Below, piece by piece: positions 1-7,849 of a stretch of DNA of 51,282 nt. The stretch's first letter is position 1. Every line of letters begins with the position of its first letter. Both the position numbers and the translations under genes were made by a program. Origin of the DNA: a virus. Taxonomy: Duplodnaviria > Caudoviricetes. The notes beneath the pieces were generated by a model that saw nothing but the letters and a program-made list of their open reading frames with translations, made no database searches and was not told where the DNA came from. Location: positions 1 to 51,282 of IMG/VR virus record IMGVR_UViG_3300028610_001208, one strand, 5' to 3'.

Positions 1-57
1 GGCTGGGAGGGGTTTTTCGCCCGCGACTTCGAGACCATGAACAGTGGGGCCAAGCAG
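1..57. repeat. Terminal direct repeat (identical to 51226-51282); marks a circular or circularly permuted assembly
   Basis: First 57 nt are identical to the last 57 nt; an ORF reads in frame across the junction. Confidence 0.97.
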
Positions 58-193
58 GTCGCAGCGAGCCATGAAGTGATCAAGATGGCGTTGCTGCTCG
101 CGCTCGTGGCCAAGGATCTGATTGACGCGGGCGCCGTGTTCTGCGTACCGGACAATACAAATGACGAGGCGCCGAAACAAGGAGAATCGACCA

Positions 194-520
194 ATGCCTG
201 AGGCAATCCCCGAGTTCATTTCGAGAGTGCAGGCGTACTGCGATGCGGCGAATGTGCAAGCGCCGATGCCTTGGATTCCGATCGGCCTTGAGGGTGGCTG
301 GGACGGAATCGGCGATGCAGATAAGCGAGGTTTATTCGCTAGGCGTTTGAGCGACGACACCCCAAGCGAGTTCGTCCTTGGCGCTAGCGCCGACCTCCCG
401 CGGGCGCTGAAGGCACTGGAATTTCTCGACGAATACGTGGTTCCGTTTGTCCGCTTACCAAAGGATAAGCGTGACGAGTTTGCCCGCATCCTCAACGGCG
501 AAGAGGTGGACGATGGCTAG
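194..520 (+). CDS. Hypothetical protein
   Basis: GGAG upstream of ATG 194; tightly packed with both neighbours. Confidence 0.75.
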   Translation: MPEAIPEFISRVQAYCDAANVQAPMPWIPIGLEGGWDGIGDADKRGLFARRLSDDTPSEFVLGASADLPRALKALEFLDEYVVPFVRLPKDKRDEFARILNGEEVDDG

Positions 521-896
521 ACGAACATTCAACCGACCGATCGCACGCTCAGCCCGCGAGGACCGCACATACCTCGACGTCGTGTACGACTCGAAGTTGG
601 AGATGCGGCGTGCCGCCGAACTCGAGGTGCTCAGGCGCGCCGGGCACATTCGAGCGTGGTACCGACAGGTTCCGGTGCAACTCGGACGCGACACGAGCAC
701 GCGCATCGACTTCCTGGTCATCGGACTGGAGTACAACTGGTTCGAAGAGCCCAAGGGCTTCGACACCCCCGCTTTTCGCAGCATCAAGGGCCTTTGGCTG
801 AAATACGGGCCCACGAAGTTGCACATTTTCTACCCCAAGGGTAAATCGAACTGGAGAATTGAAGTCTTGGCCCGCGGATCAGAGGCCAGGGCATGA
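513..896 (+). CDS. DUF1064-like PD-(D/E)XK nuclease-fold protein
   Basis: YDSKLE.RR..EL, RQVP.QL, IDFLV and EEPKGFDT pattern typical of phage DUF1064 proteins. Confidence 0.75.
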   Translation: MARRTFNRPIARSAREDRTYLDVVYDSKLEMRRAAELEVLRRAGHIRAWYRQVPVQLGRDTSTRIDFLVIGLEYNWFEEPKGFDTPAFRSIKGLWLKYGPTKLHIFYPKGKSNWRIEVLARGSEARA

Positions 897-923
897 CACA
901 GGTCTTTGAAGGAGGATGACGCT

Positions 924-1391
924 ATGGATCGGAATAAAGAGTTCAAGTGGTCCGGCGTAGGCATGGTCGCCTTGGTCTTGATCGGGCTGGGTTCGCTTAT
1001 GTGTAACGGCTGCGGCTCCGGCCTCGGCTCGGTGTTCAGCGGTGAGGCGGGTTTCGGTAACTTCGTGAACGGCGCGGGGCTGTTTCTGCCTCGTCCGGTA
1101 GCGGGAGAGGACGGTCAAGATGGGATGGATGGTGCTGACGGTCTGGACGGTATCGACGGCGTGGCTGGTGTGGGTGGCGCTGAGGGTCCGGAGGGACCGC
1201 AGGGTAGCCCGGGAGTGGACGGCAGCGATGGAGCGCAAGGCGACAGAGGGTCGCCAGGCGATACTGGACCGCCGGGATCGTGCGGCTCGGGATGCGTCAC
1301 GTTCTGCCACTACCACGAGACCATCGACGACCCCGGGGATCCGCACAACTCAATAACCGGGCCGGCGATTCCGTGCGGGCGCGGGCGATAG
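924..1391 (+). CDS. Collagen-like (Gly-X-Y) predicted lipoprotein or exported protein
   Basis: GGAGG RBS; hydrophobic N-terminus ending in CNGC; about 20 contiguous G-X-Y triplets (GEDGQDGMD...GPPGSC). Confidence 0.8.
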   Translation: MDRNKEFKWSGVGMVALVLIGLGSLMCNGCGSGLGSVFSGEAGFGNFVNGAGLFLPRPVAGEDGQDGMDGADGLDGIDGVAGVGGAEGPEGPQGSPGVDGSDGAQGDRGSPGDTGPPGSCGSGCVTFCHYHETIDDPGDPHNSITGPAIPCGRGR

Positions 1392-1406
1392 CGAAAGGAC
1401 TGACTG

Positions 1407-1826
1407 ATGCCACAGGTACAGATCGTTGACAAATCGGGGGCGGACCCGAAAAAGTGGAAGCTGGTTCCCATGATGGTCACGCCCGCGGCGCGTACGCTAC
1501 TCAAGAAGCTAGCTGCGGAGCGCCATCGGAAGATGTACCAGCAGTTCGCGTGGATGATGGAGCAGTTCGCGGGCCTGGGCGACGTCGCCAACATGAGCGT
1601 GCCCGTACGCTTGGTCGAGAAGCTGACTCGCGTCGCCCAGGCGTTCAACCGCTCGCCGATGGACCAATTCGAGTGGATGATCGATCAGGAGCTGCGCAAG
1701 CGCGAGGATCTGATCCATCGCATCGAGCGAGGCAAGACGAACACCGCCGACCTGCCGCGTCTCGAGCTGGTGATTGGAGGGCCTGAAGATGAAGACCACC
1801 GCCAGGCAGCCGGACACGGAGCGTAA
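1407..1826 (+). CDS. Putative DNA-binding protein with two tandem ribbon-helix-helix-like units
   Basis: Internal repeat LKKLAAERHRKMYQQFAWMMEQ / LTRVAQAFNRSPMDQFEWMIDQ, each preceded by a beta-strand-like segment. Confidence 0.55.
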   Translation: MPQVQIVDKSGADPKKWKLVPMMVTPAARTLLKKLAAERHRKMYQQFAWMMEQFAGLGDVANMSVPVRLVEKLTRVAQAFNRSPMDQFEWMIDQELRKREDLIHRIERGKTNTADLPRLELVIGGPEDEDHRQAAGHGA

Positions 1827-1867
1827 ACGCGATGTCAAAAAACTGTGACGATTTCTTAGAGGGAGAA

Positions 1868-1927
1868 ATGTTCCGGGCGGCAGTGGCCATACTGGCGATC
1901 CTGTGTTTGTGGGCTTGGCTCGCATAG
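1868..1927 (+). CDS. 19-aa hydrophobic peptide MFRAAVAILAILCLWAWLA
   Basis: GAGGGAG RBS close to ATG 1868; TAG at 1925-1927; below the ORF-track length cutoff. Confidence 0.45.
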   Translation: MFRAAVAILAILCLWAWLA

Positions 1928-1959
1928 CACATTGAGGCCCGGCAAGAAAGGAACACACG

Positions 1960-2214
1960 ATGCGCGAGACGACCCTGTGGCCGAAGTTCCTGGCCAGAGA
2001 CGAGCGGAGGCTGGCACTCGAGAAGCGGCGCCGGACACTGGCGTTGCTCGATCCGAAAGGCCGAATCTCGGAGGCTGAGCGGCTGGCGGAAGTGCTGGAG
2101 AACGACGGCGAAGTCAAGACCTGGCGTTGGATCCGCATGAGAGCGCAGGCGACCGACCGACGCCTTAGGCGCTGCCTCGTCTGGCTGTACGGCAACACGA
2201 TCGGGAGGATTTGA
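1960..2214 (+). CDS. Hypothetical basic protein
   Basis: AAGGA RBS; adjacent to next gene. Confidence 0.7.
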   Translation: MRETTLWPKFLARDERRLALEKRRRTLALLDPKGRISEAERLAEVLENDGEVKTWRWIRMRAQATDRRLRRCLVWLYGNTIGRI

Positions 2215-2215
2215 C

Positions 2216-2635
2216 ATGCCGTTCCTGAGCAACAAGCACGTAGTGACACTGGAGACGGCGGAGCGCCCAGTGACGTTCGTGGACACGATCGCCAAGCTAC
2301 TGGAGGAGGAACCCGACTTCTTCGCCGACGAATGGGTTAAGGCCAAGCACTTCAATTTCTTTTCGAGGATAATCCAAGTTCGGGCGACAGTCGTCACAGA
2401 CGAAGCGGAAGTTCTCAAGTACGCGTCCACCGGCGAACTAGCCCGCTGGGCCGAGCACCGACAGCTCATGGCACTGTGGGGCATCTGGCAGCAGATCGGG
2501 TCGTTCCTCGGTAAGCACGAGAAGTTCATGCAGGAGCGAGCAACGTACGAGGCTGAGGCCCGCGGCGAATCCGAGCTGGTCGGCAAGGCACACGCGAAGG
2601 GCACGCAGGAACATTTCAACGAAGGAGCTCAGTGA
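2216..2635 (+). CDS. Hypothetical protein
   Basis: GGAGG RBS; operon packing. Confidence 0.75.
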   Translation: MPFLSNKHVVTLETAERPVTFVDTIAKLLEEEPDFFADEWVKAKHFNFFSRIIQVRATVVTDEAEVLKYASTGELARWAEHRQLMALWGIWQQIGSFLGKHEKFMQERATYEAEARGESELVGKAHAKGTQEHFNEGAQ

Positions 2636-2636
2636 G

Positions 2637-3266
2637 ATGACAGAGCAAGGGCAAGACAAGGTGTATGTGCCGCCGGAAACCGAGGACTCACCATTCCTGA
2701 GTGATCTTCAAAGGGCGCATGGTATACAGCCTCAAAGCAATAACGGATTCGCGCAGATCGTCCACCTGATCGAAGCCGGATGCCTCCAGAAAGGCAACGG
2801 AGTGCGTACGATCGAGTTCACGCCCGACGCGGTCGAGAAGTTCGCGGAGCTGTATCTGTCCGATCCGGAGCCGAGGCACGAAGTTCTCCTCGACATCGAT
2901 CCTCCGTCGGAGCCTGTCGCCCAGGAGCCGTGCCAAGCCGGCAACTGCACAAACCGGTCGCGCCACAAATGCCGTATTTGCGGACGACGGCTTTGCCGTC
3001 GGCACGCGGCCATCGACTCTGACCGCGGCGTTCAATACGCGTCCTGCCTCGGAGATTGCGGATCAGATTCGGCGATTGTGCCTAGCGACGCACTGCTCGA
3101 CCCGGTTGCCAACCCGCCGGTGCCGGATCCAGTATTCCAGGAATGCGATGAAGATGGATGCGACTCCACTGCCCATGGGTTCTGTATGATGTGTGGAAAA
3201 ACGCTATGCCGTGATCACACCGCCTACGGGGCTACGAACCTGTGCAGGCCGTGCTCAGGAACGTAA
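2637..3266 (+). CDS. Hypothetical protein with two Cys/His zinc-finger (B-box-like) units
   Basis: CQAGNC..CRICGRRLCRRH and CDEDGC..CMMCGKTLCRDH. Confidence 0.7.
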   Translation: MTEQGQDKVYVPPETEDSPFLSDLQRAHGIQPQSNNGFAQIVHLIEAGCLQKGNGVRTIEFTPDAVEKFAELYLSDPEPRHEVLLDIDPPSEPVAQEPCQAGNCTNRSRHKCRICGRRLCRRHAAIDSDRGVQYASCLGDCGSDSAIVPSDALLDPVANPPVPDPVFQECDEDGCDSTAHGFCMMCGKTLCRDHTAYGATNLCRPCSGT

Positions 3267-3289
3267 TCCGCAGCCGCTAAGACTCCGTG

Positions 3290-3675
3290 AAGAGGTTTAA
3301 GGCGCTCTGACCGCACCTACCTGCGTTCGCTACGCTAACCGCCGGCTGGTACTGAGCTTCGCTGGGGCTCAGCCAGCCGGCGGGCTTCGCTCACTCCGAC
3401 ACGGTGCTAGGCGTGTTGCAGGCGCAGACCCGGCGTTTCACCGAGCCCGCTGGTCTCGACACTGGCGCTGAGGCCGTGAGACAAACGCCCGCGATCCACT
3501 GCCATCCTCCTCCAGGCGCCTCACGCGGTTCGACCCGGCGCCCCGATGCGTGTTACTCCGCGCCGCCATCCATTGCGGCACACATCGGTATTACAGACAG
3601 CCCTCGAACGAAGCCGGAGGGCGTGGCTCGCCGTGTCCCCTATGAAGGGGCACTACGCACGGTCGCGGCGCACTG
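3290..3675 (-). ncRNA. Candidate large structured non-coding RNA or structured origin element
   Basis: At least 8 nested or adjacent stems; G-U wobble pairs favour the minus strand; no convincing ORF. Confidence 0.5.
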
Positions 3676-3680
3676 AATTG

Positions 3681-3887
3681 TTATGCGAGATTCGCCCACC
3701 GCGGTGCCTCGGTCCATTTGCGGTGCTTTTCAAGTTCGTCGGGTGCATTGGCTTCCATCCAACACAAGTGGCACGACTCGGTTCCACGGTGGAAGCCGCA
3801 AATCGGGCGACCGCATTCGTTACATGGCCGAAGCGTCGACCTGCACGAATCGCAGTTGGGGTATCTACAGTCTTGCGCCGTATTCAT
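3681..3887 (-). CDS. Small Cys-rich zinc-binding protein
   Basis: AGGAG RBS; CRYPNCDSC..CNECGRPICGFH..CHLC. Confidence 0.65.
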   Translation of the reverse strand: MNTAQDCRYPNCDSCRSTLRPCNECGRPICGFHRGTESCHLCWMEANAPDELEKHRKWTEAPRWANLA

Positions 3888-3904
3888 CGCTCCACTCCTA
3901 CGAG

Positions 3905-3969
3905 AAAAGGCGGCGCCGCGCTCGGTGGAAGTTAGCTCCCGAGCACGGAACACCCGCTTACGGCGCCGC
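3905..3969 (-). terminator. Stem with U-tract between two small genes
   Basis: GCGGCGC...GCGCCGC closing stem, inner CGTGCTCGG/CCGAGCGCG, followed by CTTTTC. Confidence 0.45.
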
Positions 3970-3971
3970 GT

Positions 3972-4259
3972 TTATTCGGCGATTTCGTACGTTGCCTCGA
4001 AGATGTCCGGCTTGCATGGGTACAGCTCGCCCTTGACGCCCTGGATGATCCAGTCTCCGAGGCTGACCTGCATGATTCCCTCAAGCGTGGACACCGCGAG
4101 CATGGCTGGCGCCGCCTCGAACGGGAACACCCGCCCCGGCGCGCCATCGGGTAGATTCCACGCATCGTGCAGCCACTGCGGCCAGCCGACGTTGCTCGCG
4201 CGGTTTTTTGACGTCAACTGCCATGCTTCTACAACAATCGGCCTCTTGCGAAATTTCAT
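3972..4259 (-). CDS. Conserved phage protein (TLEG..GDWII.G..GE.YPCKPDIF..TYE family)
   Basis: MKFRKRPIVVEAWQ...STLEGIM...GDWIIQGVKGELYPCKPDIFEATYE is a widespread phage family signature. Confidence 0.85.
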   Translation of the reverse strand: MKFRKRPIVVEAWQLTSKNRASNVGWPQWLHDAWNLPDGAPGRVFPFEAAPAMLAVSTLEGIMQVSLGDWIIQGVKGELYPCKPDIFEATYEIAE

Positions 4260-4280
4260 TGGGGTTCCCTTCGTGAATTG

Positions 4281-4584
4281 AAAAAGGCGGCGGCTAGCTG
4301 TAGGTCGATCGCCAAACAGCGGGCAGCGGCACACAGTTTCCCGGCCTCTCTGCTTTTCGCCGCCAATCTTAGGAACAAAAAAGCCCGCGGGGTCTCGGCG
4401 AGGGTGGTTGTGCTCAGCGAACCAGGCACCGGCAAGTGTCTGACTTGTTGTCCAATCTCTATCGAGACCCGCGGGCAAATGAAAAACCCGAGGCGCGTGC
4501 CCTCGGGTCTATCGAGTCGTGCGGCGTTGAGTTGGTGAACCGTACCGCCACACGCGAGTTCTAATTGTATCGTACGGTTCACCA
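4281..4584 (-). ncRNA. Structured leader of four tandem stem elements, three followed by U-tracts
   Basis: Inverted repeats 4533-4545/4572-4584 (perfect 13 bp), 4486-4508, 4383-4476 and 4286-4364; plus-strand A5-6 runs lie beside the last three. Confidence 0.55.
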
Positions 4585-4592
4585 TGCGGCAA

Positions 4593-4621
4593 ATCATCCG
4601 CGCACCAGGCTCCGCTGTCAA
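4593..4621 (-). promoter_or_regulatory. Sigma70-type promoter TTGACA-17-GATGAT
   Basis: Perfect -35, 17-nt spacer, 4/6 -10; predicted start coincides with the 5' end of the 13-bp hairpin. Confidence 0.6.
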
Positions 4622-5193
4622 GGCAATTTCTCGACCCATTTGATCGGCTTTCCGTGCAGCGTTGGGTTCTCGATCTCTTTGAGGAGGTCCGATAACGGGC
4701 GCAGCTTCGACTGCGGGCAGCTCCAGGTGTGCCAGCCGCCCAGATCGCGGATGTGCGAGCCCTCGCCGCGGGTCGCCATTTCAGTCCCGAATACGAATCC
4801 GGGGCTGGAGAAGCGGGTGGGTCCGTGCGGGTTCATGACCACGAACGGACGGTGCAGCTTCCATTTCTCGTTGGAGAAGACCTGGAGGTCTCCACCTCGC
4901 CCGTCGCCAATCATCGATCTATCCGCCGGCAGGCATCGCACCTCGATGAAGACGCCGCGGTCCTCCTTGTTGTTGAGGCGCTCGCCCTGGTCGTCGAACC
5001 GCGGATCCCGCCAGCCCAAGAGGCCCATGCACGCGATCTCCGCCGCCGCCTCCATGATCCTGGCCTCCCAGCCGTACGGCTCACGTAGATCGGTCTCGAG
5101 CCTCTGGATCCGCAGAAAGTTCCGGCGCGAGCCCACGCACGCCGCGGTCCACAGTTGCTCGGGGCTGAGTTCGATGATGGACTTGGTTTTCAA
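4618..5193 (-). CDS. Hypothetical protein (possible nuclease fold)
   Basis: 191-aa ORF overlapping the upstream stop; EAAAEIAC and IEVR motifs give only a weak nuclease hint. Confidence 0.65.
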   Translation of the reverse strand: MKTKSIIELSPEQLWTAACVGSRRNFLRIQRLETDLREPYGWEARIMEAAAEIACMGLLGWRDPRFDDQGERLNNKEDRGVFIEVRCLPADRSMIGDGRGGDLQVFSNEKWKLHRPFVVMNPHGPTRFSSPGFVFGTEMATRGEGSHIRDLGGWHTWSCPQSKLRPLSDLLKEIENPTLHGKPIKWVEKLP

Positions 5194-5534
5194 ACGCCTT
5201 CGGTAGCCTCCTCAGTTGTTGCAGATTCTGCAACAGGTCGAGCCTCCGTGTCGAGCTTAGCGATAAGGTCTTCAATCTTGTAGGCTGCCAATGAAAGGGT
5301 ATTGTCGTGGTCTGGCATGTCCAGATAACACCCCGTATTAGCCGCAACCTCTGCTGTTCTCATATCCCGAACTGCCTTCACCGCATCCACCAGTGCCTGT
5401 CGACGGACTTGGCGGGCGTAGGATTCGATCGCCTTCAGCTTGCGTCGCACACGCTGCCTTGGCGGCATCTTCGTAGAGTCGATGTGCAGCAAGGCTCGCT
5501 CTAGCTGTTCCGCCGTCTCAATCTGTCCGGGCAT
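5190..5534 (-). CDS. Hypothetical protein
   Basis: GAGGAG RBS before ATG 5534; operon packing. Confidence 0.6.
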   Translation of the reverse strand: MPGQIETAEQLERALLHIDSTKMPPRQRVRRKLKAIESYARQVRRQALVDAVKAVRDMRTAEVAANTGCYLDMPDHDNTLSLAAYKIEDLIAKLDTEARPVAESATTEEATEGV

Positions 5535-5634
5535 CGCGTTTCTCCTCTGCCACCAGCCGCCACTCATGCTCAGTCGGTTGCCGTTCGGCCATCCTCAACC
5601 TCCCTTTCTCAACCGTTGCAGAATCTGCAAGGGT

Positions 5635-6087
5635 TCACTTGCCGGACGCCAGGGCGGCGCGAAGACGACCCATCTTGCACAAGAACTCTTCTGGTTTATC
5701 GCCGGCAGTCTTAGAGGCTTCCTCGACCTCCCTCGCCGCCCGCTCGATAGCCTCAAGGCGGTCGATGTAATCCTGATCCTGGCCTTCGAATGCCTTCAGC
5801 CGGTCGACCTCGGCACGAAGTCGTACGTTGCGGAGAGACGACGACGTTATCAATGAATCAATAGCAGACCTAAGATTGCAGCGTTCGTACGGGCGTATAG
5901 TTTGGCTGTGGTCAAGATTCGCCTCGCGAAGCCCCGTGTTGACGAAGTCGGCGGCGCAGGCAATCTCTGACCGTAACGCATCCCGCTCTGCCCGGACGGC
6001 TGCGAGCTTGGTCGTTAGCTTCGCCCGCAGCTCTTCTGACACCTCCAACAGTGGTTGCCGCAGGTCTTCGTTGATTCCTTCACTCAT
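5635..6087 (-). CDS. Hypothetical coiled-coil protein
   Basis: Heptad-rich ORF (VRAERDALRSEI, LRAEVDRLK). Confidence 0.65.
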   Translation of the reverse strand: MSEGINEDLRQPLLEVSEELRAKLTTKLAAVRAERDALRSEIACAADFVNTGLREANLDHSQTIRPYERCNLRSAIDSLITSSSLRNVRLRAEVDRLKAFEGQDQDYIDRLEAIERAAREVEEASKTAGDKPEEFLCKMGRLRAALASGK

Positions 6088-6115
6088 CTCATCCGCCTTC
6101 CGTCGTTGGGTTTCA

Positions 6116-6415
6116 TCATTCCTCCGTCCGGGCCGGGCTAGCATTGGCCAGTAATTCGGCAATCCTCTCATTCGTGACCCAGTGTTTCGTCTGTAGCTGG
6201 GTCTTCTTGCCCAACTCCTGGCGCATATACTCTCCAAGCAACTCCCGCGCGTGATGGTATCCACCGGCGTACGCGCGCCACACCTCGCCGAAGGCAGTAT
6301 CAAGGGAAAGGCAGACGAACCCACGGGGGTCCGGCCACAGGACTCGGCAGTCCAGGTCTCGCAAGTAGATCCTCCATGGATCTGGTTCGACCACGGCATT
6401 TCCTGAATACGACAT
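6116..6415 (-). CDS. Hypothetical protein
   Basis: AAGGAAGG RBS before ATG 6415. Confidence 0.65.
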   Translation of the reverse strand: MSYSGNAVVEPDPWRIYLRDLDCRVLWPDPRGFVCLSLDTAFGEVWRAYAGGYHHARELLGEYMRQELGKKTQLQTKHWVTNERIAELLANASPARTEE

Positions 6416-6423
6416 AACCTTCC

Positions 6424-7515
6424 TTATGGGGCGTCGGCCGTCTCCAACTCCCCAGAGGTCGTCCAAGCATGGGACGACTCGACGATCGATTTCAATTCGG
6501 CCTTGGCCTCCGCATCATAGATCAGGTGGCCGAACTGCTCCTGAAACCGCTTCAGCCGCTCCGTAGGTGTTCCCGCCCTGTTGAACACAAACGTATGAAC
6601 TCTGCGAATCAAGTCCCTCAGTGCCGTAGGTACTCGCCGAACCCGGTGCCCGGTAGCGAGTAGTTGCTGTGCTTCGCGGTCAGTGCTCACAGGGATAGCG
6701 TCCGGGGTCTCGCACATGTACTGCTCGACGAAGTATTTCTGAACCTTCGGCCTGTCTACGCGGCAATACGACGTATCAAGAGCGCCTTCCGCCATGCTCG
6801 CATACAACGCCTCGTCATCGCCAGACTTGTCCCACAGCCGCGACGTCGCACACGATACGTCGAACGTCTTGGCGGTCATGCGGTCGCGGTCCAGTCGCAG
6901 ATTCTTCGGCGAGAAGTTGTAGCCGTATGTCAACTCCTCGATCAGACACACGAACAGACCACCGACAAACACGCGACGCCGCAGATGCTCTTCAGTGAGG
7001 ATGTAGTCTATCGCCAACCCGGGCGCGTAGTTCTCTGCAACCTCGTCAAACATGTGCTTCGGGAAACCGTCGATGTCAAAATAGACGCCGTCGGACGGGT
7101 CACCGGAAACGAACCTCTCCACGGTCAATACGTGTGCGCCGTATTCTTCTGACCGCTCAAGCTTCGCAACCCAGGTCTCCGCCCCGTTCCTGATCGTCAC
7201 GTCCATCTGAAGCCGCAAGAGGACCAATATCGCGAGCTTGTAGCCCTCCCCGAACTCACCGATAGCACCCGCGTCCTCGGCCTTGTCTGTCTCACCGAGA
7301 AGTAGGGTTTTGGGCGTCAAGAATGCGTTCGTTGTTCCGATCGTAAGGCGTTCGATGTGCGGCGAGTAGGCGAAGACAACGCCTGACTGTGCATCGGCAT
7401 GGTGTTGGTCTATTGCGTTTTGCAACAACTCGCGCACGGCTTGCCATGCCCCCCAGTGTGCCACGTATTTCGCCGACAGGCTCAGTATGTGCTTTGCAAT
7501 CGATTCCTTTTCCAC
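6424..7515 (-). CDS. GHKL (HATPase_c) ATPase domain protein
   Basis: AVRELLQNAID (N box) and IGEFGEGYKLA (G box); AAGGAGG RBS before GTG 7515. Confidence 0.85.
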   Translation of the reverse strand: MEKESIAKHILSLSAKYVAHWGAWQAVRELLQNAIDQHHADAQSGVVFAYSPHIERLTIGTTNAFLTPKTLLLGETDKAEDAGAIGEFGEGYKLAILVLLRLQMDVTIRNGAETWVAKLERSEEYGAHVLTVERFVSGDPSDGVYFDIDGFPKHMFDEVAENYAPGLAIDYILTEEHLRRRVFVGGLFVCLIEELTYGYNFSPKNLRLDRDRMTAKTFDVSCATSRLWDKSGDDEALYASMAEGALDTSYCRVDRPKVQKYFVEQYMCETPDAIPVSTDREAQQLLATGHRVRRVPTALRDLIRRVHTFVFNRAGTPTERLKRFQEQFGHLIYDAEAKAELKSIVESSHAWTTSGELETADAP

Positions 7516-7564
7516 GTGCAAATCCTCCTTTCAATGCAACATAACGTTTATTATCGGCGGCACC

Positions 7565-7831
7565 TCAAACCGTGGCGACCGCGTGGAACTCGGGAACCGT
7601 CTCCCGATACACCGTGAAGCGTCCGACCCTGGCACCGCCTTCGAGCACGTAGATGTCATAGACCATCGGCCACGACGCTTCCCATCCGCCATGCGCATGA
7701 TGCCAGTCCGCGGCGTCTACGGCGATTAGCTCCCCGCTGTGGTGGCGACTCTGAAACGCCACTGCATCATCAATGCCCTCGTCGTGCTCGACTCGCGCGT
7801 ATTTGTACCAAATCAATTTATTCGCCATCAC
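7565..7831 (-). CDS. Hypothetical protein
   Basis: GAGG RBS; operon packing. Confidence 0.65.
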   Translation of the reverse strand: MMANKLIWYKYARVEHDEGIDDAVAFQSRHHSGELIAVDAADWHHAHGGWEASWPMVYDIYVLEGGARVGRFTVYRETVPEFHAVATV

Positions 7832-7849
7832 GTCCTCGGGGTTAGGGGC

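Noticed and set aside
1-57. Biological direct terminal repeat
   Set aside because: It lies in the middle of an ORF and is k-mer sized; more likely the assembler overlap of a circular contig
3290-3673. Group II intron (minus strand begins GTGCG at 3673)
   Set aside because: No recognisable domain V/VI, no interrupted gene and no maturase
3268-4620. CRISPR array or mini-array
   Set aside because: Repeats here are inverted and non-identical; no direct repeat-spacer periodicity was seen anywhere in the window
5518-5592. Programmed frameshift joining the 24-aa ORF MAERQPTEHEW... to 5190-5534
   Set aside because: No slippery sequence seen and the downstream gene has its own RBS; cannot be supported from sequence alone
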